A DNA stretch of 50,176 bases from Perkinsela sp. CCAP 1560/9. Its lineage: Eukaryota; Protista; Euglenozoa: Kinetoplastea. The translations under genes and the position numbers were made by a program. Of the stretch, positions 1 through 10,289 are shown in pieces (within the stretch, counting starts at the first letter, position 1; every line of letters starts with the position of its first letter). The stretch lies in contig CBFFSA010000058.1 of NCBI GenBank assembly GCA_965644495.1, forward strand, positions 1 to 50,176, given 5' to 3'. A model generated the notes under the pieces. The model was not told where the DNA came from, searched no databases, and worked only from the letters and a program-made list of their open reading frames with translations.

Positions 1-55
1 ACGACCATGTCCGCCTTCCAAGCGGACGGGCCGGGTTCGATTCCCGGGTGGCGCA
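1..55 (+). tRNA. tRNA-Gly(TCC), 5' end truncated by window edge
   Basis: Anticodon arm TCCGC-CTTCCAA-GCGGA, T-arm CCGGG-TTCGATT-CCCGG, 3' acceptor strand GTGGCGC+A, then a T-run Pol III terminator. Confidence 0.9.
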
Positions 56-399
56 TTTTTTTTTTTTCAAAATCCCTTCAAGGTCACCTGGCTCACAGCC
101 ACCCCTTCTCCTTTGCAAGAGCTCTTGATATCTGGTATCAGTTCCCTTTCGGTTTTTCTTGCTTCAAATGGAGATTCAAAAATTGTATCCAGATCATTTT
201 TTTGGAAAAAGCTTGGAAAAACTCATAAAAATTTGTAACACCCTTTTTAATCAGTGTCTCTTTTTTATTGATATTTTTTTGGGAGAAAAACACAGCCATT
301 CCAGATACCACCCCAAATCAGGGTATATTCTTTTTTCTTTTTTTTTTTTCCCTTTTTTTTTTTTCCCCTTTTTTTTTTTTTCCCCTTTTTTTCTTTTTC

Positions 400-500
400 C
401 TTTCCTTTTTCCTTTCCTTTTTCCTTTCCTTTTCCCTTTCCCTTTCCCTTTCCCTTTCCCTTTCCCTTTCCCTTCCCTTTCCCTTTCCCTTCCCTTTCCC
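400..500. repeat. (TTTCCC)n/(TTTTCC)n low-complexity hexamer tract
   Basis: Direct reading; explains the PFPFPF and KGKGKG ORFs. Confidence 0.85.
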
Positions 501-886
501 TTTTCTTTCCTTTCTTTTTCTCTAATCTTTCTTTTCTTCTTTCTTTTTCCCCCTCTCTTATTTCTTTTTTTTTTCCTTCTTCTTTGTTGCAATTCTTTTT
601 TTTCTTTCTATCAGTCTTTTGAGATTCTCAATTGATAAAGTTTTGTCCAATCACAACCAGTATTTGTCAATTATTCAAGACAAGTTGTATTCTCTTGCTG
701 TGCCTTGATCTTCTCTTTCAAATTGGATTTGATTTGTTTTTGTTTTTTATGTTTTCTTAATTTTTTAAAGTTGATAAAGTTTTTTTTGATTTTTTTTGAT
801 TTATCTTTTCTTTCAGCTCTTCTTTCAATTGTGAACTGATCAAGTCCCAGTGGCCACTAAAAAAAAATCTTTTTTTTTAAACAAGT

Positions 887-930
887 GGTTCTATAGCTGG
901 CAGAGCACCACCCTAGTAAGGTGGAGAATC
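887..930 (+). pseudogene. tRNA-Thr(AGT) pseudogene (D-arm partly deleted, T-arm lost)
   Basis: GGTTCTATAGCTGGCAGAGCA-CCACC-CTAGTAA-GGTGG-AG aligns with the intact tRNA-Thr(CGT) at 43079. Its upstream flank (aagtccc..cactaaaaaaaaatc) matches the flank of that gene. Confidence 0.75.
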
Positions 931-1437
931 TGAAAGTCAAACTTGCTCCTCTTTATACTTGCAATTTGGAAAAGGGACTTTGAAGTGCTCTGGTGGGAGA
1001 ACACAAAAACTTTTGGTTGGGGAATCAAACAATATGAAGATGACACTGCTGTTGATAGGAAGGGGCCAACTTTTTTGTCAAACTTCCAAAGTTCCAAACT
1101 TTTCTGTTGTAGAGCATTGGATGGGTTGGTTGTGCTCAGGGATGACATTTTGTAATGGTTTCCCCTTGCTAAGTCAGTATCTTGTTGCTGGATCTTGAAA
1201 AATTACAGCTCCATTCCTCTACTAAAGATTAGGGCTCAAAAGGTGGTTTACAGTCCTGTCATCATCAGGCAAAACCACTTCAGGAATTGTTCAAGCAATT
1301 TGAGAATGTTGAAGAGCATTTTATTTCAAGAGCCTGTGTTTAAAAGCACATAGGTTATCATAGAAACCAGTGATGATATGATGGCTTTTCTGAGTTTGAT
1401 GACTTCACAAAAAAACAGAGTTTGAACACGGACATTG

Positions 1438-1510
1438 GCTTCCGTGGCTCAGTCGGTAGAGCGTCAGTCTCATAATCTGAAGGTCGTGAGTTCGATCCTC
1501 ACCGGGAGCA
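1438..1510 (+). tRNA. tRNA-Met(CAT), elongator type
   Basis: Full cloverleaf: GCTTCCG/CGGGAGC acceptor stem, TCAG-T-CTCATAA-T-CTGA anticodon arm, TTCGATC T-loop, T-run terminator. Confidence 0.95.
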
Positions 1511-2530
1511 CTTTTTTTTTTGTCTTTTGATTTTTTTTTTGAATCAGGGTGGAGTTTATTGACTTGTTTTCGATTTTTGACATTGAGAAAAGTTATGAAA
1601 TTCATCAGGTTCAGTGAAAAGTACAAGTCAATGAAAACACAGCAACACAATCTTCATCCATTTTCTTTTTTCAATTTTTACAGGTTTGAAATCATGTAAT
1701 GGTGGAACTCAGAGCAGAGAAGATATGATCTCACCCAGATACCCCATCTTCAACAAAAACAATTGGCAGCCCAGGATGCAACACTCAAGGAACACATCAG
1801 ACTACAATTGAAGGTTTAAAGACTCAAATTTCAAAAACTGATGAGCCAAAGCAGAATATCACTCTGTTTGACAACAAGACAAGGGAGCTCTACAAACCAG
1901 TTTCTTGGCTGATTCATGATGATGTGACACCAGCAGGAATGATCAAAGAACTTGATGAATAACAGGTGGAAATTTGTGTGAGGTTGCTTTCATGCATGAG
2001 GATATTCAAGAGCAGTTGAAAACCTGGCAAAAATCCCTGGGGAAAAAATGGTGCCCAAAATCCCAACAGACATCTGGCAGTACATACAGAAGGATGGTGA
2101 ACTGAAGGCTGGGAGCAGTTGCGACTGAGGAGCATCTTCAGGCAATGTCCAACAACATCCTACATATCATGAGAGCCATCCCAGGTGCCAAGGAAGATAA
2201 GACTCAATCCGACCAATTGCTTAAAACATTGATTGCGCTCATAACAATGTATTCCTTGAGGATGTGTGTGTTGTAATTACAAAATGTTGCTCACCAGAAA
2301 CTCAACCTTTCACCTTTGGATTTTAAATCTCCACCAACTGTTGTCAGGAGAGAGGAGATAGCAAGAGCTCAATTGAGGAAGAAGTCTACAAGAGGAGTCA
2401 GAGAAGAGGATTGTGTGAAAGTGATGGGGCAGTCTGTTGCAACCACTTTGAAGCAAAGCCACCATTCAAGAAAAGAAGAAGGTTTGCGCACCAAACTGCT
2501 ACCACCTTTGTTGATTGTGGAAATTCCAAA

Positions 2531-3638
2531 GGGAGACAGTCCCCTTTTTTTAGGGGTCTAAAATAAATGACTTGTACTCTCTGAAGTGGAGAGTCAGAAA
2601 AGTCACTTTTTTGGTGATTGACTTGGGCAATCAAAAATAACTGGAGAGGGACAATAAGAATTAACTAATTTTTTATGACAAGCCAGAGCAAAGTTGATCA
2701 AACAATTATGTTGGTCTTTATCTTCATAGAAGGGGCAAGAGAGAGCAGCAAAAGTCTGTTTACACCAACCATACGGTGACTCAACTTTTCCTCTTACAAA
2801 TGCAATTGCTTCATTTTTCTCTTGATCCTCAGCACTCAATGAATGGGGAACTCTCTTTCCACGGATTATTCGAGGCCTTCCAGCGTTTGACTTGTTTGTG
2901 ACCAACACCAACTTATCGAAAAATTTTGTTGCTGCTCGAAAGTGGTTGTCTGCAATGATGTGTGGTCCCAGAAAAGAGGTCATCAAGTCGATTCGCATAA
3001 AAAATAGTGATATCTCCATCATAATCTTTTGGTGAATGGATCCCACTAACCCATTCAGCCCCACCTTTTGCATTGTGAAGTGTCACCCACCACCAACCAG
3101 GAGCTTTAAGTTTGTGTGAGTACCATTTTGCCCTCCACTTCTTGCGAACTGTCTGTTGGGCCCTTTAATTTTAAAATCAGATGAATCCATCCATAAACAG
3201 TCAAATTGGCATGGTGGTGGTCATTCAGTTCTTTGGGCCATTTCCACAAATGAAAGAAAGGGTGCTTGGGACCAAGATTGTTTTTGCCCACTTTAGCAAC
3301 TCGAAGCGAACAACTTGAACTGTTGTGTTGGATTGCTTTTTGGCCCATTGGGAGCCAATCGTGCACCTTTTTTCGGAGTTTGCCCATCCCAACCGCAAAT
3401 AGATCCTTGTACATTACAAGATGATACACAGACACAGCAAAACCAGAAGGTCTCTGTTCACTCCAAAGCTTTGGTTTTTGAGATTCCAAAAAATTTAGAA
3501 TCTCCTTCAAAGTCTCTTCTCCCAGCTTCTCTTTCACAGCAAATATGATATCTTTCTTTCTCAACCCTTCAACCCCCACCATTGGTGAAAGAGTACAACT
3601 CATTTTATTTAGCTCTCTAAATTAGGGGACTATCTCCC
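2531..3638 (-). mobile_element. Compact PIF/Harbinger (IS5-like) DNA transposon, 1.1 kb
   Basis: Imperfect ~38-bp TIRs (GGGAGACAGTCCCCT...TAAAATAAATG / CATTTTATTTAG...AGGGGACTATCTCCC), AAA on both sides as a 3-bp TSD, encloses a single transposase. Confidence 0.85.
2603..3603 (-). pseudogene. DDE_Tnp_4-like (Harbinger/ISL2EU) transposase, frameshifted
   Basis: Motifs across frames: CLWMDSSDFKIKG, HSPKDYDGD, HIIADNHF, NEAIAFVRGKVESPYGWCKQTF (N..I...R..VE..G..K..F signature). Confidence 0.8.
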
Positions 3639-4859
3639 AAAGAAAATTGTCAATTATTTCATTACAGTGAATAGAGCATCTATTCTGTGGTCTCTCAAAT
3701 AATCCTCAAAGAGTGTGTGGCTGTGTACAACAAAATTCCTCAATCTGGTTTTTTGACATCCTTGCACAGGACAATTTGGAGAGCAATAAAGGTGCAGGGT
3801 GTTTTGGAAACCCTGACCCCCCCCCCAAACAGTCTGTGTCTGGTTGGTGTTTTACATTGTGTCAATCCCAAACTTGTTTCCTTTGAATTTTGGTATCAGA
3901 AAAGAGGTCTCATATATCCATGGAAAAGGAAAGGAGGAAGCTCCAAGCTTTGAAGAACTTCAGAGTGATTACCAACACTTTGAGTGGAGAGTTATTGAGT
4001 CAAATGTGAAGGAACTTGGAGATGATCTGAAGCTCCATATTACCTTGCTGGATTCAATTAGTTGGGAGATGGTGACTGAGGCACTGTGGACCCCCTCTTT
4101 ATCCTAGATGGTTTTCGACAAGCACTTGGGGCAACTTGAAGAGGAGGAAGACGTTTTGGATGCCATGAGGTATTCGAAATTTGATACAAAGCGAAATTTT
4201 TGGATTTGGGGAAATGTGGTGGGAATTGGTCCCTTGTGATTTCCAACTTCCTTCTGGAATCCTGTTTTACCAATAATGTGACTTGTCCACAAAGCGCCAA
4301 GAATCCCCAATCAAGTTTACCAAGCCTGTGTGAGAAGGTTAAGGCTTTGAACTGATACAGGCTCTCAATACAATGTTCAATGTGGCTGAAGTGCTCAATA
4401 ACTCTGAAGAAGACAAGGAGAAACACAACAAGCCTTTGAATTTGAGTGTGTTCTTTGTGCCACTCTGTGGGGTCACAAATAAAATTTTTATTCTTATTTC
4501 TCTCAACAAAACAATTTGATTTTAAACAACAAAAAAAGAGGAGTGGGGGGGGCAGGAACATCACCCACTCACTTGCTCTTTAAAATAATAAATTGATTTT
4601 TATTGAATCTAACAATTACTTTTTGAAAAGGCAACAATCCTTTTTTTTTTCCCCTGCCTCTCTCTCTCTTTTCTTTCTTGTCTCCACTTCAAATATGATT
4701 TTTTGGGGGGTCACCAAAATACATTCAAAAAGAGAAAAAAATTAAAAACAGCAATTTGAAAAGTTTGAAATGACAAAAAAAGAAAGAAAACCTCAGAACA
4801 ATCTTTGGAAGGTTGAGACAAAAATCCAAAAAGACAAAAAAAAAGGAAAGGAAAGAAAG

Positions 4860-4931
4860 AAAAACAAAAGAAACAAAAGAAACAAAAGAAACAAAAGAAA
4901 CAAAAGAAACAAAAGAAACAAAAGAAACAAA
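4860..4931. repeat. 9-bp tandem repeat (AAAGAAACA)n, ~7-8 copies
   Basis: Direct reading. Confidence 0.9.
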
Positions 4932-6011
4932 CCATGAAAAGTCAAAAAAAAAACCAAAGGAAAAAGAGGAGATCCTCAACAACCCAAACACAAACTTTTA
5001 CCAAACAAAGTCTCTCTTTCTTTCTCTCTCTCTTCTCTCTTCTCTTCCTCCTTTTCACAAAACAAAACAAAAAAGCGTTGAGCCGCTGATTTAGATCCCT
5101 TAATTTTTCGGGAAAGAGAAAGGGCGAAAAGATGCTCTTTGTCAGCTTGATAATTGGTTGTTTTTTTTTTTCGTTTTTTCTTCCTCTTCTTCTCTCCTCT
5201 TCACCCTCTTCAGTTTTCTTCTTCCGACCTCTTCAGTTCCCCCTCCCTCTCTTTTTTTCCTCTTTCATTCTCTTTTCCACTCAATGTGACCTCCATTGAG
5301 GGAGCTTCCAAACTGACTTGAACAACTGCCTTTTTCTGTGGGGTGGGTGATGGGGGGAGAGGGAGTAAAAGGGGGGAATGCAAAGGGAGAGGGGAGAGGG
5401 GGGGGGGTTAAAAGGGATGGTGATAGAATCAACCACAAATATCATGATGATAATTTTTTGAGGAGGGGTGGGGGGGGGGGATGTTTCATGGGAGGGAGAG
5501 GGGAGAGGGGCATTCTGGCTGATCAAGAAAAGAGGTTTTTTTCTCCTTCTCTTCTCTTTTTCCTTTTTCTCCCTTTTTTTGTTTTTTTGAGTTTTCCTTT
5601 TTTTTCTTTTCTTGGGTTTTCTTTTTTTCTTTTTTCTCCATCTGTTTTTTTTCTCCTTTTTTCTTTTCTTTCTTTTGTCTTTCCCTTTTTTTTTCTTGTT
5701 TTTTTTTTCTTTTTTTTCTCACTGCTGTTTTCCCTTTGTCTTTTCCCTCTCTTGAGGGTAATTCTTTTTTTGGTTCCTCTCTTTTCTTTCCTTTTTGTTC
5801 GTGAGATTGGAAGATTTCATCTGGGAGGACAATGTTTTTGTGTTTTTTTCATTTGGATTTTTCATCCTCTCTGGATGTGAATCTGAAAATTTGAACCCAG
5901 AGAATATGAAACAAAATAACAAATACCCACAATCACAATGGAAAACAAAAAATGGAAGAGCAAGAAGGGGGGGAAGGAGAAGAAAAAAAGAGAAGAAAAA
6001 AAAGAAAAAAA

Positions 6012-6118
6012 AGGTCTTCAGCACTCAGGATTCGAATGTGATCACCCACCATTCTCCTAACCAAGCCCACAGCAGTTCTGATGGGATCAGGTGCTTTCAA
6101 TTGGGTATGACTGAAGAC
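6012..6118 (-). pseudogene. 5S rRNA gene copy with ~12-nt internal deletion
   Basis: Minus strand reads GTCTTCAGTCATACCCAATTGAAAGCACCTGATCCCATCAGAACT-GCTGTGGGCTTGGTTAGGAGAATGGTGGGTGATCACATTCGAATCCTGAGTGCTGAAGACC then a T-run. It matches the 5S consensus (CATACC, GATCCCATC.GAACT, GGTTAG, GGGTGA..., GAAT, GTGCTG) and helix I pairs, but the CGAAGTTAA segment is missing. Confidence 0.85.
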
Positions 6119-6629
6119 ACTTTCTCTTCTTTTTTTTCTCCTTTTTATCAATCCAATTATCCAAAATCAACAAAAAAAGAAAAGAGAAGAGAGAAGAGAA
6201 AGAGTTCAACTCTCTTTTCTCAGAATAAAAAACTTGTTTTAATCTGAAATAAAAGGAGCAGGACTGAAAGGAAAAACATAAAATGGAAAACGAAAAACAG
6301 AAAACAAAAAAACAAATCAAGGAAAGAGAGAGAGTAATGGTCTTGAAGAAGAAAGAAGTAAAAAAGGAAAAGAAAAGGATGTGAAAGAAAAAACAGAAAG
6401 AAAGAGATACAACCACCAAAAGAAAAGAGAAAAATAACTGAGAAAAAGAGAAAAAGAGAGAAGGAGAAAAAACCACAACCCACAAAAAAAAAAACTGAAA
6501 CAGGAAATGATGGACCTCTATTTTGGGTCCGGATGGTTTTTTTTTTGTTGGCTCACGAAAGAGGGAGGGGAAGAGGAGAGGGAGGAGAGGGAGGAAGCGA
6601 AAAGGTTCCAGAGAGAGAGAGTGTGTGTG

Positions 6630-7388
6630 TTCAGTTGTGAAGAAAAAACAATATTGGCCCAAAGGAATTCCAGGGGAAGAGATTGTTGCACACCTCAAGG
6701 AGAAGGAACCTGGTTATGTGTGAAAGTGAAGAAAGGATCTCTGAGAGGTTATAAATTCTATGTGGAGGCTTTCCAAGATGTTCATCACTCTTCTATAATG
6801 ATTAATACCTGGGGAACTTCTTTTCCCACTGGTTGCCCACGAAATCGCAAGCTTGAAGGCCAAAGACTCTCCCTGTGATATACTCAGCCTCTTGACTTTT
6901 ACTATCAAACCAGGCATTGTGTGGATGATCACAACCAACTGAGGCAAGGTTCTCTCTCCTTGGAGAGTTCCTGGAAGACCAAAAAATGGGTCCACAGGCA
7001 GTTTGCTTTCATTCTTGTAGTTGTGGAAGTCAATGCCTTCCTCATATTTCAGCACTTTTTCCCTCAAGCCAAAGAGCTCTCCTTTGCAGAATTTCGTTTT
7101 GAGGTTGCCCAAGGTCTACTCTCTCAGAATCATCCCTTGGATGAAGGCTATAACCTGCGAATACCACTCCCAACTCATGTAGAACATCATCTGATGATCA
7201 AGCCCAACTTTGCTGGAGTTTGGTGAAATGGTAATTGGACTGAAGCCAGACAAGAGTACCAGAAGAGTAGATGCAATGGGACAAATTGTACAAAGAAAGT
7301 TCGAACCTATTGCTCCTGTGATCAAACACTCATTTTTTGTTCAGGTTGCTTTGCTGACCATATGAGCAGGCACATGACTGAGGACTAA
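6630..7388 (+). pseudogene. piggyBac-like transposase, C-terminal remnant
   Basis: VVKKKQYWPKGIPGE; VDDHNQLRQG..LE.SWKTKKW; EFRFEVAQGLL; terminal Cys-rich RCNGTNCTKKVRTYCSCDQTLIFCSGCFADH; stops and frameshifts present. Confidence 0.8.
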
Positions 7389-9723
7389 TTAGTCCTTTTG
7401 AAAAATGATGTTTTTTTTTTTTGGTGACTCAATTTTTTTTTTCAAAAAACAATATTTGGACAAATATTTCTTGATATTCTTGTTTAAAAGATCTTTATTA
7501 AAAAGTTTATCAAAAAAAATCTCCCCTCCACCCACCAGTGGCTTCAAAAAAAGAGTCAAAAATAGGAGCCTAATTAGTCTTTTGGCCTGGAAGGAACCCG
7601 ATTTTCTGGAGAGTTTAACAATTTTATTTGTTTTTTTTCTGGTTTTTCTGGTTTTTTCTTTTTTTCTGGTTTTTCCTTTTCTTTTGGAAGATGGTGAAAC
7701 ATTTCTCCCAGAGTCTCACAGTTTTTGTGCTGTGTGGTTCACATATCTCAGATCAATCTTTTTCTTTGGTACAAAAAGGGTGGAGATGCTGCTGTTGGTG
7801 AAGTCTCCTCTTTGTCCTGTTCCTTTGCATACTTCTTGAGTACTTTCTCTGGCCTTCTTTTCCATTGTTTATCCCTCTTGATTATCCTTGGTTTTGGTCT
7901 CTTCCCTTTTTGGAGTAGAGTTTCTCAAGCCAACTCCAAAACCCCCCCCCTTATTTATTTTGATCTCAATCTTCCATCTTCTTTTCTTTCTGATTGCAAT
8001 CTGAACCAATTGGGCCAATTCAACATTCAAATAGGTTCTTGGCTGCTTCCTCTTAACTGCCCAAAAGGTGGCTTGACAAAAGGTCTCAATATCTAGACCC
8101 CCCCTTGCATCCCCTGAGGATCTCAGTGACCCTTATCAAGGGGGGAAATATTCATCCTTTTGGCCAACTGAGCTGATTGGCATTACTAGTTTGCTCCTCT
8201 TGGGTTCATATTTCTTCATCACTTTCTTTGAAATCTCCTTGAACCTCCTCATTTGATAACATCCACCTCTCAAGATCCTTGAATTTCCTAAAGTTGGTGT
8301 TAGAGAATCATTTTCTTCTGTTCTTGTTGATAGGATTGAAGATTTCTCCTAAATCAAATTTCACTTTCTCATCCTTTCCATTCTCATGTGTCTCTCTCTC
8401 TCTTTTATTTCTTTCTCAAGTCCTAAATTCTCTTTCTCCATTTCCCCCTATTCCCCTCATTAATTCCACAAGCTGGTCTTCCACACCATGCTTGCATGAA
8501 TTTGATCATGGTGACTACAATGATGAGGTACAAGAGTGCTTTTTATGTGCAGAAAGTGCTTAGATTCTTTGATCAAGGATATCTTTTGAGATATTGCATT
8601 CCTTCTGATGATGTGTGCGCTTTTTGTCCATCTCCTGTGCACCCCATTTTGCCCCTCATCCACTCTTGTCTTACCCCTTCCTTCTTCTTTGCCTTCTTCT
8701 CCTCTGGTTTTTAATTTACTTTAAAGATGTCAGATCATGCAAGATGAACTTGTGGACACAGGATTGGAAATTCAAAATTGATTATTCTTTGCTTCTATTT
8801 TTGATTCTGGTAATATTCCATTCAAGAGAAGATTTCTCATTTGTTTACAAAATGAATCAACCATTTGTTCAATTCAGGTCTATTGGTTTGTCTCCTCTCC
8901 AATATCTCTGCTTGTCCTTACCCCTCTCCTTAGGAGTTTGTTCATCAGTTATTCAAACTAAGTCTTGCTCAGATAAAGCATTAATCTTTTGGGTGACTCT
9001 TTTGTGCCCTACATTTGGTTTTGGCATGGGTGTGTGCACTCAAAACAAGTTGACCCATGCAACACCTCAGGCCCAAAATGATGACTGTTTGTTGAGGGAG
9101 CAAGTTGACTCATGTTTTCTGATGACTCTTGTCTGGTTTGAGCAGGGGATCAAAGTTTCAAAATAAATCTCTTTCCAGATCTCCAATGATGAGAGTGAAA
9201 CTGTCATCTTGCTCATGATGAACAGTAACAGTTGAATCATTTTTGTTTGTCTAATTTTCTTTTGAGTTCATCAAGGTCCTTACAATTCTCAATCATTTCA
9301 TTGAGTTGTGTCAGCATTTGCTTCTTTGCTGCTTGGAGGTCGATTTCCTCTTCTCTTTTCCTTTTGGGTGGTGGAGGGGTTTGATCAGATTGAGCAAACC
9401 ACTGGACCAGGTTCATGCAATTACTTGAGAACATTTCAAAAGCTATATGTTGCCATAAGTTGAGATGAGGGAGGACCAAGTCTTGTGTCCCTGGCCAATT
9501 CTTTTCACTTTTAAAAGTTTTCCAATGTTCAGCCAAAGACATTGAAGATTACTGTGATCAGTGTTTTCTTCATAAGCTTACATCAGGTTGCATTGACCCA
9601 AACAATGAAGAAGAAGAAGAAGAAGAACTTGAATCAGAGTTTCTTCAAACAATCAGTGTCAAGTCAAGATCACTGAGAATACATCCAGGAATGAGAGTCT
9701 CTGGTGAAAGAGTTTCTGTTTGG

Positions 9724-9988
9724 CCTTTTCTTTCAAATCAAACAATCCAATCATCAAAAGAATAATAAACACACACTTTTTTTTCTTTTTCTTTTTCTTT
9801 TTTGTTCCATTTCTTCAACCTTCACCATCTTCATTCAACCAAAAAACAAACAAATCAGAAAAGAGACCACAAGAGTGAACATATGGATATAACATTAGAT
9901 TTTTTTTGAAGGCTCAAAAGGAATATTTGAAGTCACTTCAATCCTAAAAACACTATGATTGCAAGTGCAGCTTAAGCCCACTCTTATG
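9724..9988 (+). mobile_element. Truncated copy of the MITE at 41221-42187 (right part including TIR)
   Basis: Near-identical to ~41915-42187, ending GCAAGTGCAGCTTAAGCCCACTCTTATG. Confidence 0.85.
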
Positions 9989-10289
9989 TAAAGCATTAAA
10001 CCAACAGTTTTCACTCCAAAACCTGATGGAGGTTGAAACTTGAACAAGCCCATTTCAGGAATTTTAAGAGGATGGAACTTTCCTTTGATAATTTCAAGAA
10101 AAAATATCACTCTAGTCTCCCCTCAACCAATTATATGATGTTCATTTCCAAAAAAATATGGTTTCTTTCTGAATAAACATTCAACTAGAAGTCAATTTGT
10201 AGAACCACACCACTATACACTCATTCAGACAGACCTGACAGATCTGTTAACTTGGAGCAAAGATGGTCTTTATTTTTTTGTTAAAAGCA

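Larger units (their letters stand above)
1680..4460 (+). pseudogene. Heavily decayed coding relic, possibly a hAT-type transposase, interrupted by the Harbinger element
   Basis: The frame LLIVEIPK|KIVNYFITVN rejoins after removing 2531-3638. Weak BED-like NRHLAVH and hAT-like IVNYF words; many stops. Confidence 0.25.

Noticed and set aside
400-500. Telomeric repeat
   Set aside because: (TTTCCC)n grades into generic T/C low complexity; not a terminal, uniform array
159-635. Long F/K-rich ORFs here and at 5.3-6.7, 16.6-17.6, 20.2-22.6, 27.1-28.3 and 30.0-30.9 kb
   Set aside because: Stop-free only because of poly-T/poly-A/microsatellite composition; no domain content
7560-7600. piggyBac right TIR with TTAA
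   Set aside because: The CTAATTAGTC motif repeats at 7385 and 7570, but no GGG-TTAA end or matching left end was found
7600-9560. Fanzor/TnpB or other identifiable ORF in this decayed region
   Set aside because: No RuvC D-E-D or zinc-ribbon motifs could be assembled; only unassignable stop-ridden fragments
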